From assembly GCA_000002435.2 (NCBI GenBank), contig CM018790.1: a DNA stretch of 64,000 nucleotides; one strand, given 5' to 3'. Position numbers and translations under genes: made by a program. Source of the DNA: Giardia intestinalis (lineage: Eukaryota). The notes under the pieces were generated by a model that saw nothing but the letters and a program-made list of their open reading frames with translations, had not been told where the DNA came from and did not search any database. This document shows, piece after piece, positions 1 through 10,008 of this stretch; within the stretch, counting starts at the first letter, position 1; each line of letters opens with the position of its first letter.

Positions 1-941
1 ACCGCTGCTGAAGTCATATTCCCACTCTCAATGGAATATCCTGCTATGACGCTTTTAAGAGACGATGATCGTATTTCATATGGCATGGACATTGCTGAGA
101 TATTCGGTTGAACTATGAGGCACCCCGTCAAATTCACGCGATCACCAGGCTTGAGGACCCCTGCAAAGGTCTCTCGAAGGATGACATCATATGACGCGGG
201 TGTTATGCGGGTGGGGTCTCCCCCCTCTTCGCTGGTTGTTGTATCTGCAATGCTTTCTTGCAGGCGAACTCGTTGTGTGTCAGCAAAGGTGCACTGGTCA
301 GTCAGCAGCTCAAAGGTGGTGCCGCCAACACTGCTCCGAGCGGAGCACCGAGGACATGAGGCCGGCTCGGTGAACTTGTAGTCCTGGGCCACATTCGGTA
401 TTACCTCTCCACAACTAGCGCACCTGAAGGTTCCCAAAATAAGTTCTGGCTGTACATCAGATGTCCTGGTCACGGTTCCGACCAGCTCCACCAATTGGCC
501 AATGTGCGAGGACGTCAACTCAGAAAGCAGCAGAACATTATTCATTCCATAGCAGCTGATGTAAAGTGGTCGAAGCACCTGCTGTTGCCCGGATGTCAGG
601 ACCTGGAATGCAGCGCCTCTGTAAGGAGCTAGGGTGGTGTTGAGTACTATCCTGATCGCCTCTACAATCAAAGGCTCAAAGACATAGAATTGCTTGCGAA
701 CAGTCTCGCAGTATGCCTGCGTGCGAATATTATCGTACAAGTGGCTGAAGTTAATGTAAAGGGTGTTGGAGTCGTTGTCAATCATTTGTCGCATCCGCCT
801 TAGATAAATGGCCGTTGAAACATCCGGCTCCTTGTCTGGATCTCCTGTGTACGTGTTAAAGAACTCTACAAAAAGCTGGATATGCCCATCCCGAAGCTCC
901 TGCGCGCTCTGGCCGCCAGAGGTATCCATTTTTATAGACAT
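1..941 (-). CDS. MCM6: DNA replication licensing factor MCM6, N-terminal portion; 3' part runs off the window start
   Basis: Manual translation of the minus strand from an ATG at ~939-941 gives MSIKMD...LSELTSSHIGQLVELVGTVTRTSDVQPELILGTFRCASCGEVIPNVAQDYKFTEPASCPRCS...VRLQESIADT... This has the MCM N-terminal zinc-finger and OB-fold pattern and aligns best with MCM6 (IRELTSSRIG...HPELVSGTF.C..C...QQFKYTQP.C). It is absent from the ORF track because it has no in-window stop. A second in-frame ATG lies 4 codons downstream (~929). Confidence 0.7.
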   Translation of the reverse strand, partial: MSIKMDTSGGQSAQELRDGHIQLFVEFFNTYTGDPDKEPDVSTAIYLRRMRQMIDNDSNTLYINFSHLYDNIRTQAYCETVRKQFYVFEPLIVEAIRIVLNTTLAPYRGAAFQVLTSGQQQVLRPLYISCYGMNNVLLLSELTSSHIGQLVELVGTVTRTSDVQPELILGTFRCASCGEVIPNVAQDYKFTEPASCPRCSARSSVGGTTFELLTDQCTFADTQRVRLQESIADTTTSEEGGDPTRITPASYDVILRETFAGVLKPGDRVNLTGCLIVQPNISAMSMPYEIRSSSLKSVIAGYSIESGNMTSAA

Positions 942-1076
942 TAAAGGTATGATAGATGTGTACTTGATACTCCAGCTTACGAAAAGCTCTCTCTGGAAGC
1001 TCTTAGAGCTAACAGCCCTCCTCAGATTGCTGTAAGCACAGATATAATTTATTCTTAGTTTGAGGATTGGTGTAGC

Positions 1077-2513
1077 TTAATAAATCACCGGCTGGATGTT
1101 AAAATCGACTACGTGCCGCTCCCCCATGCTCTTTGCAAGGTCCTCATAGCCATGTCTGACCAGATCAACTATTCTGCTCCGTTCCTCAATGTCCTCCGGA
1201 CTCATATAATTGGTGTAGTGATGCAAGAAAGTGCGCGTCTTGTACATCTTATCGAAGGCTTGCTTGAGATGCGTAATGCTTCCTAGAATCTGAGGAGTGT
1301 TTCTGAGACAAACAGCGTCACAGTCAGCATGCGGAGGCTTGTTATTGCACAGCCCAACCTTGAACCCCTGCGAGCCCCAGCTCGGATGCTTGACATGCTC
1401 CTTTTGAATGAGTGCCTCCACTGCTGATGCTAGACGCCCGCTATCAGCGTTGGCCGACCTTCCCAGGATCGCAGACGCCAAGGAGAAATTGTGGGCCCCA
1501 ATAGGTCCTGCACTGTATTCCATGAGAAGCTGGTTATTGTTATTCAAGAGCTCCCTGACAGCAGCCTCAAGCGTACGATACGGAGGGGCCATTGGCAGGG
1601 GAGCCAGACTCGTACAAACTAGGTTCAGTTCTGGGAACGGAACCAGGTTGACGGATAGCTCGTTCAGGTCGACGTTCAGCTCTCCTCCAAAACGCATGCT
1701 TGCTGTAATGCAGCTCAGTGCGGTAGTAATTGTCTGGTTGACGTCTCTGAATGGTCTGTGCTTATTTCCAATGTCCCCTTGGCCTACAAGGGGGTCATTT
1801 GCAAGTCTTTTTGCATTGACCCGGACAGTCTTGTCCGGGTTTACCCGCTTATTTCCGAGGTTCTCCACACAACGCATAATGGACTCGTTGTCAAAGGGTA
1901 GTATGACATCTGCAGACTGCAAGAGGGAAGACAGAGCAAATACACTGTTGTATGGCGATGTTATGACATCGTTCGCGTTTCTACTTGGGATAATGGGCGC
2001 AGAAAGAATGGAGAGCCCGTGAAAGGCATCTGCTGTAAGCTCTAGCAATTTGCTTCCTAGCCCAGACCCTGTGCCACCTCCGAGAGACGAAAAGAAAAGG
2101 AAGCCCTGTGGTGAGTCACAACTTTCAAGGGCATGTTGGATTATGTTCAGGGCACGCTGACCATGCTCCTCGCCATATCCTGCGTACCCTGCGCCAAAAT
2201 TGTTCCCTGCCCCGGTACCAACCCGATCTTTAACCAAAAGAGTCTCATCAAAGATGGAATTAATATCGCTTGTCAGCAGACTGTTGAGTACGCCTTCTTC
2301 CATATCGATGAGCACAGCACGAGCTTTAAGCTTGGTTATGGGGGAATAGAGGCCTAAGTCCCTGCCTCGTGCGTCCACATTCCGGAAGAAAGTTGACATA
2401 GAATCGCTATAGTCCTTTCCATATGTGCTATGCTCGCCCAAGATGGTTCTCCAGAACTCTGCCCCTATTTGGTTTCCACACTGCCCCGTTTGAACGACCA
2501 AAATTTCACGCAT
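1077..2513 (-). CDS. epsilon-tubulin
   Basis: Starts MREILVVQTGQCGNQIGAEFW. It has the GGGTGSG nucleotide-binding signature. It also carries the epsilon-specific blocks FFRNVDARG...KLKARAVLIDMEEGV and DVITSPYNS...NLVPFP, which match epsilon-tubulin rather than alpha/beta/gamma/delta. An ATG start codon is confirmed in the sequence. Confidence 0.8.
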   Translation of the reverse strand: MREILVVQTGQCGNQIGAEFWRTILGEHSTYGKDYSDSMSTFFRNVDARGRDLGLYSPITKLKARAVLIDMEEGVLNSLLTSDINSIFDETLLVKDRVGTGAGNNFGAGYAGYGEEHGQRALNIIQHALESCDSPQGFLFFSSLGGGTGSGLGSKLLELTADAFHGLSILSAPIIPSRNANDVITSPYNSVFALSSLLQSADVILPFDNESIMRCVENLGNKRVNPDKTVRVNAKRLANDPLVGQGDIGNKHRPFRDVNQTITTALSCITASMRFGGELNVDLNELSVNLVPFPELNLVCTSLAPLPMAPPYRTLEAAVRELLNNNNQLLMEYSAGPIGAHNFSLASAILGRSANADSGRLASAVEALIQKEHVKHPSWGSQGFKVGLCNNKPPHADCDAVCLRNTPQILGSITHLKQAFDKMYKTRTFLHHYTNYMSPEDIEERSRIVDLVRHGYEDLAKSMGERHVVDFNIQPVIY

Positions 2514-2531
2514 CCGGACTAGGTCCCAGAA

Positions 2532-3242
2532 TTAAGCCAAATTTATTATCGCTAAATCGTCCTCCACCTCGGCGAGACAGGCGGATGGATCCAAAAGCCA
2601 AGGCTCAAGCACTCGATCAAAAAGGATACGGAACCACGGGGTCATCTCTTCCCAATGGGCACGGATCTCAACCGTATTTGCCCACAATAACTCTGAGACT
2701 TCATCCTTATTATATGCTGTGGACTTAATAACGTCATTGATTAGGGCCACCTGCGTGCTATCGGCCACATGGAGCAGAACATAGTCTATCTCATGTTCGC
2801 ACAGATCTACCTTCTCCTCTCTGCCTGATGTCTGAACGGACAAAGCAACCGGAGACGTCGCCGCATACCTAAAGATCCATACGCAGCTCAGCGTGTCCTC
2901 AGGGTGTTGTAGAGGAACCCCAAGCTCAAACTGATACCGTCTACATGCGGCACGCTTGACACCAGCGATACCCTCGGCATCACTGGGGATTGAGGCGAGG
3001 GGATGGGAACAACATGTGTTTGATAGCATGCTGGGAAACGAAGCTTTGGTTGAGGCTCTGCGCTGAAGAAGAACCCTTTTTTGGTTGTCTACGGTAACAA
3101 CAGAAAATGCACGGTGGAGCAGCCCGCCGCGCGTATGTGCAACAAACTTTGGGGCTCTGCCAATTATCTTGTTTTCCTCATCAACAAGAATAACATCGTC
3201 TGTAGCTGGCTCTGCATGTGCCTTCATCTGGGGGCTCAGCAT
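2532..3242 (-). CDS. IDI: isopentenyl-diphosphate delta-isomerase (Nudix/IDI type 1)
   Basis: LHRAFSVVTVDNQKRVLLQRRASTKASFPSMLSNTCCSHP...GVKRAACRR matches the IDI-1 core (HRAFS..F....LLQQR...K.TFP....NTCCSHP). Confidence 0.75.
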   Translation of the reverse strand: MLSPQMKAHAEPATDDVILVDEENKIIGRAPKFVAHTRGGLLHRAFSVVTVDNQKRVLLQRRASTKASFPSMLSNTCCSHPLASIPSDAEGIAGVKRAACRRYQFELGVPLQHPEDTLSCVWIFRYAATSPVALSVQTSGREEKVDLCEHEIDYVLLHVADSTQVALINDVIKSTAYNKDEVSELLWANTVEIRAHWEEMTPWFRILFDRVLEPWLLDPSACLAEVEDDLAIINLA

Positions 3243-3709
3243 CTCCTGAAAAGACTCGTGGACCAGAACTTAGAGCTTAGACTTGTAACCTGTGCTTGAT
3301 AACTTATTTGACAATTTAAATGAAATTCTAAGTTTTGCATTGGACAGAAACAAATGAAGCAATCTAGATGCACCAACGCTTGGACCGATAGGGATAGCAA
3401 GCTACTACATCCCGATTGCCTATCAACTATCCGCTCCTTCGTCTCTGAACAAGAGCCTGGCGTGGAGCCTCTCGAGATATTTGGAGCTCGCAGTAAAATC
3501 GTAGAAGTTGGCTATGATACAATGGTAAATGTTAGAACAACGTCTACTTCCACTTATAAGATAGTGCTGTGGTTCGATCTGGAGCGTTTCCACGTCAAGG
3601 AGTTTGAGAAGCTCTAACGGTGTAAACACTGGTCGAGACAAGGATATGCGAAGTCTTTATGCCTAGCGTTGCCTAATGCAATGTTGCAAGCTACTCTACT
3701 CTTGCTTAC

Positions 3710-6700
3710 CTAAGTCAATCTTAAAACTGGAAGAAGCATCTCAGACACTATGGGGGTTTGGTCTTCCGGTAAATCATTCGCCAAGAGGTCATCGGGGAGG
3801 TCGCTTGACAATAGGCTGCCATATTCTCGTGCTGCGCGGAATATTGGGTCCAGTATTCTCTTGCGCAAGAACCCGTCGATAAAGCACTCCACAGGGAGGG
3901 AGGAAATTACCGACAGAAGCACAACTGGTTCGTTTCCAAAGCTCACAAGTTGCCTGACAACCTTGTGCTTTAGCTGCAGTGCATTCCTCATGAACACAAG
4001 TCCGCACAGGAGCGCTGGGCTGAGACTAGTGTACATGCAATCATGCACCACCGCTTCAAATGGATACACGTTCGCCTGAAAAATGACCTGAGGAGATCCT
4101 GTGATGCGCAGTGCAGAGAGCATGAGCGTTGGCTCCTTGCTTTTTGTGCAGTAAGTGGTGCCAACTCCATATGAATTGGGCTTGCTGGCCATGCCCTCAT
4201 CTGCCGACACAATATAGTATCGTGGAAAACAGATGCAATATGGGGTCTGCATATTCACGTAGAGAGACGGTTCATCTGCAAATAGAGCGCCGGGTAGGGG
4301 CAGAACTGAAAGAGAATGGGACATCTCTAACAGGACGACTTCATCCCTTGAGAGAGCATCTATGAAGACAGTGGGAAACTTTGTGACGAGATGAGCAAGC
4401 AGGGTAAAGCACTCTGCGACTATCGACTGCAGATCGACCGACAAGACGTGGTCTTCAACGCCCCTCTGGTGCCGAGAAAACAGCTGAGAGGATGTCAGGT
4501 CGCCCATATCGATGTTATCGGTTATGTGACGGGCAAAGGACCTTAGACGGAAGTGTTTCCTCTCCTTAGAGTGGCTTGCAAAAGATGTGGACGATAGAAG
4601 AAGTTGGGAAAGACAGCTAATAGCTGCCTTACATAGACACGATAAGCCTGGCCCAAAGTACGAGTTAAAACCTTCTTGGTCATATAGTAGAAAGCTGTCG
4701 ATTGCTATGCGCAAAGCCTGCTGAACTGCAGAAAAATTATCGTGCACTATTGCCAGCTCAGTGCAGCAAGCATCACTACGGGTCAAGAATGACTCGCTCG
4801 GTATTATCGGTATACTTATCCGGGCCCATACGCCATCGACTATAAACCTGTCCTTGAAGAATGCATCCAATATGGCTGCTGCCCGCACATTGGCTGTCAG
4901 GTGGACCATCTTAAGTGCTACGGAGAGAAAGCTGTACACCAATGCCTCTTTACATACACCAGGAGTCTTATTCAGATACCTCGTAATGTTGGTTAACGGT
5001 ACAGAGGTGGCAGTATAGATTGATTTGAGCTCCGGGTGCTCATGGCATTGTGGGAGAAAGATTGCGCTAAAGCGGAGATAGGTAGATGCAAGAAAGAGTG
5101 CCAGAGTAGAGGCATCTATTAGGAGGCTTATCTCATCAGTGGAATAACCCCCTCGTTCTAAAAGGGGTATTATCTCTTGGGCTGCAGCAACGCACTTATG
5201 CAAGTAGTTGGTAGTGAGTGCTGCGATTGACAGCATAACTGCGTACGTATATGTATGAATTTCGGAGTGATCGTGCCCTATGATGGCAATGGTGTCTGAG
5301 AAGATGGACTCTGCGTTGTTAGCGTCCTTGAGCTTGTAGCGGCTGCCAGGCCAGGATAGCAGATACTGTACCCAAGCCTGCTTATCTATTGGTTCGGAAG
5401 TTGTTGCTCTATCTCTAGTTGCTTCTTCTTGCGCTTGAACAGGAGCCCCTACAAGAATCTTCTCTGCACGAATCACCACTTTGGAGGTATATTCTCGAAG
5501 AGGAAAGGCTGTGTCAGTATAGAATCTCGAGACATTCCTGATGGCCACCATTGCCAACTGTTGCAGTGCTATCCACTGCAGCGTGAGTGTTTCATGCAAC
5601 TCGATGCTTTCAGTCAAAGCCGTGGCCTCAGAAAGGCTATGAATTGATGCAGATATCTTTCCATTGGTATGCTCAGTAGAAGCAGCCCCATGTATGCCAT
5701 AGTTTATGCTCGGAGGCCATACGGTATCAACCTGTTTGTAAACCAGCTCACTGCCCTGCACAGTAAGCGACCCCGATAGAAGTTGGGGGCTGCTATCCTT
5801 GGAGTCTCGCGTGGACTCCTTCATATTTTCCTTGTAGCGTGTAGTCGACGAGAGTGCCTTTTCTTTTATGCGCTTGTTGAACTCCTCTCGTCTGTTGTGT
5901 ATGAGCTCGTACCTTGCCTTGAGGCTCTTCATGGTTTGCTCAGCGTACTGTGCACGTCTTTGGCTGGCGAGAGTAACTCGCTGGATGCTATTTTTCGCAG
6001 CCTCCTGGACCGCCAGCAGCTGAGATTCCCGTAAGACCTGTGCACGGGTTTGCCGTTCAGTAAACTGCGTCTGCAAAAGAGCATTCTCCTCCTCTAGTTG
6101 CTTTCGAACCTGTGCTGTCTTTGTGATGACCTCATCTAACTCCTTTTTCAGCCTAGTGTTCCTGGTCTTTAGAAGGCTGTTCCGTCTCTTCTCGGCTTCT
6201 TTGTACTTTGCCTCCAGCTTAGCTTTTGAAGTATCTAAGTCCACTGTGGACCCAGTAACCCATTTATTCGGGCTGAATGGTGCTCGCAGCTGTGAAGAAG
6301 TTGGGGACCCCGGAAGACTAGTTACTCTCTTGGGTGTTGTGGGGGCCTTCCTGGACTCGGTTGATGGAAAGTCTATCTCTAGGTACTCAAAGGCCGGGGC
6401 CGTGACTTGCCTTTCACTCTTGTCTGATGCCTCGGCGTCCGACCCATTGAAGTACCTGAAGGGAGGAATGGCAGTTTCAACAGGCTGGAGTCCTGGTGGT
6501 GGAAAGGAAAAGACATTTGCAGAGGACGACGGTTGCCCCAGGATGGGTATACTCGGGATGGGAGGAAGCGGCTGAGTTAACCCCGGCGGAGGCAGAAGCG
6601 GTATCTGGAAAGGAAATTGGTTGGATGATGTAGAGATAGCAGGATATAGAGGCAGCCCTGTGGAAAAGAAAGGAGGATAACCCATAGCAGAAAAAGCATC

Positions 6701-6931
6701 CATACTATTAGTGCTTGAACCACAAGGGCTAGGGAACGTCCCCTCAGCATCTTGCACTAGTACAAGCAACTCCATCAGAAGCTGACACACAGTGCTCTGA
6801 AAGGCAGCATAACCAGGAGCAGAGATAAGCTCTCTTTTGTTAACAATGCTAGACACATCATGGAGGACCCCTTTCAGTGTACGCACAATGTTGCCAAAAA
6901 GTAGCTCGACATAGCTAGACACAAAAGTCAT
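3710..6931 (-). CDS. large hypothetical protein, Pro-rich N-terminal region plus long coiled coil
   Basis: 1073-aa uninterrupted ORF. The central region is heptad-rich (KAKLEAKYKEAEKRRNSLLKTRNTRLKKELDEVITKTAQVRKQLEEENALLQTQ). No recognisable catalytic motif. Confidence 0.6.
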   Translation of the reverse strand: MTFVSSYVELLFGNIVRTLKGVLHDVSSIVNKRELISAPGYAAFQSTVCQLLMELLVLVQDAEGTFPSPCGSSTNSMDAFSAMGYPPFFSTGLPLYPAISTSSNQFPFQIPLLPPPGLTQPLPPIPSIPILGQPSSSANVFSFPPPGLQPVETAIPPFRYFNGSDAEASDKSERQVTAPAFEYLEIDFPSTESRKAPTTPKRVTSLPGSPTSSQLRAPFSPNKWVTGSTVDLDTSKAKLEAKYKEAEKRRNSLLKTRNTRLKKELDEVITKTAQVRKQLEEENALLQTQFTERQTRAQVLRESQLLAVQEAAKNSIQRVTLASQRRAQYAEQTMKSLKARYELIHNRREEFNKRIKEKALSSTTRYKENMKESTRDSKDSSPQLLSGSLTVQGSELVYKQVDTVWPPSINYGIHGAASTEHTNGKISASIHSLSEATALTESIELHETLTLQWIALQQLAMVAIRNVSRFYTDTAFPLREYTSKVVIRAEKILVGAPVQAQEEATRDRATTSEPIDKQAWVQYLLSWPGSRYKLKDANNAESIFSDTIAIIGHDHSEIHTYTYAVMLSIAALTTNYLHKCVAAAQEIIPLLERGGYSTDEISLLIDASTLALFLASTYLRFSAIFLPQCHEHPELKSIYTATSVPLTNITRYLNKTPGVCKEALVYSFLSVALKMVHLTANVRAAAILDAFFKDRFIVDGVWARISIPIIPSESFLTRSDACCTELAIVHDNFSAVQQALRIAIDSFLLYDQEGFNSYFGPGLSCLCKAAISCLSQLLLSSTSFASHSKERKHFRLRSFARHITDNIDMGDLTSSQLFSRHQRGVEDHVLSVDLQSIVAECFTLLAHLVTKFPTVFIDALSRDEVVLLEMSHSLSVLPLPGALFADEPSLYVNMQTPYCICFPRYYIVSADEGMASKPNSYGVGTTYCTKSKEPTLMLSALRITGSPQVIFQANVYPFEAVVHDCMYTSLSPALLCGLVFMRNALQLKHKVVRQLVSFGNEPVVLLSVISSLPVECFIDGFLRKRILDPIFRAAREYGSLLSSDLPDDLLANDLPEDQTPIVSEMLLPVLRLT

Positions 6932-7390
6932 ACAATTTATTAAAGGGCTTATGGAGAAACTTTACACGTATATTGAGCAGACCCATGCCGCTCTGGAAGC
7001 TGGTGCCGTGCGGCCAAACACGCTGCTAGACAGCTTGCCGCCCGAACACAGCCACCTGAAGCAAGATATTCTTTTGCTATTTTCTAGCCAAATCGAGAAA
7101 ACAAAGGGCCTTTCAGACCCTCTTTCGAGGTTTCATACACCGTGCCTAACCGTACAAGAGAATTTGGAGGTGGCATGCATTGTTCGCAATGGGTTGGAGA
7201 TGAAGGCGGCGCGGCTTCCATCCCCCATCCACCCGCTTTTTCGCCTCTCAGTCCCTCAGGAGAATCTTATATCTATTGCTAAAAGAAGCTGGAGAAAGGG
7301 CTAATCTTCGTATCGCACAACCGGTGAGCCCCTGGAATTTCTGGGCACAATTCAAAAATTGTAGCGAAAATAAATATAGTAATAAAATAA

Positions 7391-8206
7391 ATGGCATCCA
7401 AAGAGCCCTCGCGCAAGCAACAGATGACAGCCCAGGAGGCCGCGATTTCCGCATTAAAGGGCGTTCCGCTTGGAGAGAAGGGCGAGGCTCTTCTACAAGA
7501 TCTTAGAAGCAACGAGAAGTGTGCTGCAGCAGCACTTGCACTTCTCAGGATCTTGTCTGCACAGGTCGCCGAGGAAGACCAGCATGCAGAGGCACTGTCT
7601 ATGTTACGAGAGTTGATAGATTCTTCTGGCAGGGGATCCTTCGAGGTTTCAAGCGGAAAGATAGCTATGGATAACGTTTTAGGAACTAGCACCTATTCGG
7701 GCGCTGCGCTTGATGGCACATGGAATTTCCTCATAGATGACAACGAGGACGGGGACGCACGTGTCTGTAGATGCTATCACTCCTCGTACCCCCTGCTGGA
7801 CGCAGAGAAGGAGGCGGATAGGACGGCAATGGACAAGACCTTTACGGGAGAAGAAACAACCTTGTCCGGAGATCATGGGTTCATGTTCATCTGCGACGGT
7901 GCGGTCCACAATACGGATGAGGCCGTGCCAAAGGACACCGCTATCTGGCTCAAAGGTGACAGAGCGACAAAATGGTATAGCTACCATGCTGCCCTTGCTA
8001 CAGATCTGCTGCTCGTGCATGCGGCGACGGAAAAGCCGTACGGCTTTATGATCGAAATTCCGGATGAGCAGGTTGTCACCGTGCAGAAGGATTCAAACGG
8101 CGTTATTGTTGGCTTCTACTTTGAGACAAGCTACGGGGACGAGGACGATGAGGACGACTTCGAGGGCTCACTTGCTTCTGAAGGCTCTGACGAGGAGGCA
8201 AACTAA
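7391..8206 (+). CDS. hypothetical protein with acidic C-terminal tail
   Basis: 271-aa ORF beginning at an ATG preceded by the AT-rich initiator 'aaaataaATGgc'. The C-terminus is Asp/Glu-rich (GDEDDEDDFEGSLASEGSDEEAN). Confidence 0.55.
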   Translation: MASKEPSRKQQMTAQEAAISALKGVPLGEKGEALLQDLRSNEKCAAAALALLRILSAQVAEEDQHAEALSMLRELIDSSGRGSFEVSSGKIAMDNVLGTSTYSGAALDGTWNFLIDDNEDGDARVCRCYHSSYPLLDAEKEADRTAMDKTFTGEETTLSGDHGFMFICDGAVHNTDEAVPKDTAIWLKGDRATKWYSYHAALATDLLLVHAATEKPYGFMIEIPDEQVVTVQKDSNGVIVGFYFETSYGDEDDEDDFEGSLASEGSDEEAN

Positions 8207-8277
8207 TTCTAAGGTAAATCAAACTCTGTGCGGTGTGTTTACATTACAACCTGCTCTGCTTCCAGACCCGGTTCTGA

Positions 8278-9873
8278 TCACGAGTCTTCTACGTCGCTGT
8301 CTTTCTCTATTTCATCGTACTCTATCCCCACGTTGATTGGCTTAAAGAGCTGGATCCCATTGGCATCTGTGACAAACATAGCTCCCGAAACCTGCGGGTG
8401 GAACGCAAGCTCCTTCGGTTCCTGAAGGTTCATATGGAGGAAAAGAAGTTCCTTGGGTAGCTGATTCAACTGTGACACAGCGTCCGTGGTGAAGGTATCT
8501 GCACCAGCTATTTCAACATCATCGTTTTCTATCTCATGATCCCAAATGCTCAGCACACCATCGTCAGATGTCGCTGCAAAGAGAGATGGGTCATTAGGGG
8601 AGAACTTCACACTTGTTATGGCCTGTGAGTGGTAGGGGAAAGCTCCTGCAGGGGCTGTGGTGCTCCGTATGTCCCACAGGCACAACTGACCAGCATCGTC
8701 GCCAGTAACGAGAAGATTTTCGTTAAAAAAGTTCCAGTCACAAACATTGACGTCGGCACTACCGACATTAAAGGCGTATGTGCTTGCTGCAGTCCTGGGG
8801 TCATGGATAATAAGCCTGCCGTCGCAGCTACACGTGGCAAAGCAGCTACTCTCTAAGAGAGCGCCTGTCTTGGCAAACACTATGTCCTCTATAGAGTCAT
8901 TGTGTGGTTGCTTCCTATTGGTGTCAACCGCTACAGAGCCATCTGGCCGCATGTGAAAAGCTCTGAGGAACCCCTGGCAATCCCCTGCAAGCCACAAGGA
9001 ACGGACAGGATTACATGCCAGAGCATAGCCTTCTATTCCATTATTGTCGGTGGCATGAATACACAGGGGGTTGGCGAGGTGTACCTCCAATGTGCTGCGA
9101 CCCTTTGCCCGCTTTGACTTCTGGGGCTTCTTGGTTAAGCCAACGGGCATGCTTGTCTCTGTATGAATTGGCGGAATCTGTATTGCTCCTGCACCCGCGA
9201 GGCTGGCCCCTGTACTTGTGTGCCAGTATTCCCCAGAAGCAAAAGCTCCCACCCCTGCGCTCTTGAGCAACGGCGCACAGTTTATAAAGCTAATCACACC
9301 GTCATCCGTCCAAAGGCCGGCGATTGCGGCACTTCCCGCCGGGTAACAGTTACTATAGAAGGATGTCCCTGAGCGAATGCGGTTGACAGTCGCTGGGATA
9401 TCTATCTTACGCTGAATAAGGGTGGGATCCAGCGAGCTGTCCTCCTCAAAGCGCGTCGAGGAGACGTCTGTGAAATGGTAAAGCACCAGCTCTCCCATCT
9501 CAGTGCAGTTCCTATCAACCTGGCAGCCCCCCAGCAACAATAGCTGATGAGGAAACTCGGACCGATTGAGGCCAAAGTTGTCGACAATGGGGTCTAGGGA
9601 GAGAACGGGCCAGACGACAGTAAAGCGATGCAGGTAGTCATAGGTGCTTGGGTTGTATTCCAGCTCCTCGTGCTGGCTGTTGGGCTGCTTTTGGGCTGTG
9701 TGAGGGAGGTAGATCTCTCGCCGGGGCTCGGGAGAGTCAACGTCGAAGTCTGCCTTGTAGTTGGGGAGATCTGCAACGCTCTTGAGCTCGACAAGCTCTT
9801 CCCCGCCGAGCGCGCACTCTGGGTGCTCGTCGGCGCTGGATCCGAGGCTGTCCTCGCGGTCGGACATTTGCAT
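8278..9873 (-). CDS. glutamate-rich WD-repeat protein (GRWD1/Rrb1-like)
   Basis: N-terminal YDYLHRFTVVWPVLSLD motif typical of GRWD1/Rrb1. WD40-like repeats follow (LLVTGDDAGQLCLWDIR, VLSIWDHE). Acidic termini. Confidence 0.6.
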   Translation of the reverse strand: MQMSDREDSLGSSADEHPECALGGEELVELKSVADLPNYKADFDVDSPEPRREIYLPHTAQKQPNSQHEELEYNPSTYDYLHRFTVVWPVLSLDPIVDNFGLNRSEFPHQLLLLGGCQVDRNCTEMGELVLYHFTDVSSTRFEEDSSLDPTLIQRKIDIPATVNRIRSGTSFYSNCYPAGSAAIAGLWTDDGVISFINCAPLLKSAGVGAFASGEYWHTSTGASLAGAGAIQIPPIHTETSMPVGLTKKPQKSKRAKGRSTLEVHLANPLCIHATDNNGIEGYALACNPVRSLWLAGDCQGFLRAFHMRPDGSVAVDTNRKQPHNDSIEDIVFAKTGALLESSCFATCSCDGRLIIHDPRTAASTYAFNVGSADVNVCDWNFFNENLLVTGDDAGQLCLWDIRSTTAPAGAFPYHSQAITSVKFSPNDPSLFAATSDDGVLSIWDHEIENDDVEIAGADTFTTDAVSQLNQLPKELLFLHMNLQEPKELAFHPQVSGAMFVTDANGIQLFKPINVGIEYDEIEKDSDVEDS

Positions 9874-9934
9874 TTATTGACAACCAACGAGAAAAAGGAG
9901 GACTCGCATATCGAGCCTTGTTTGGCGGGCTGCA

Positions 9935-10006
9935 GGGAGCATGGTCTAGCGGTATGATTCTCCGTTCGGGTCGGAGAGGTTCCGGGTTCGACTCCCGGTG
10001 CTCCCC
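9935..10006 (+). tRNA. tRNA-Pro (anticodon CGG)
   Basis: Hand-folded cloverleaf. Acceptor GGGAGCA/TGCTCCC. D-arm TGGTCTAGCGGTATGAT (A-box). Anticodon stem CTCCG/CGGAG with loop TTCGGGT, giving anticodon CGG. T-arm CCGGG-TTCGACT-CCCGG (B-box GGTTCGACTCC). Near-identical in layout to eukaryotic tRNA-Pro. Confidence 0.85.
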
Positions 10007-10008
10007 GT

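Noticed and set aside
1408-2022. 204-aa plus-strand ORF, and others such as 2133-2357 and 2423-2728, overlapping epsilon-tubulin or IDI
   Set aside because: They lie antisense to strongly supported genes and have no homology signal. They are by-products of the coding strand's codon bias.
3750-6575. Short plus-strand ORFs (3750-4079, 4129-4365, 5783-6034, 6123-6575 and others) within the 1073-aa gene
   Set aside because: Antisense to a continuous 3.2-kb ORF. None exceeds 150 aa or shows motifs.
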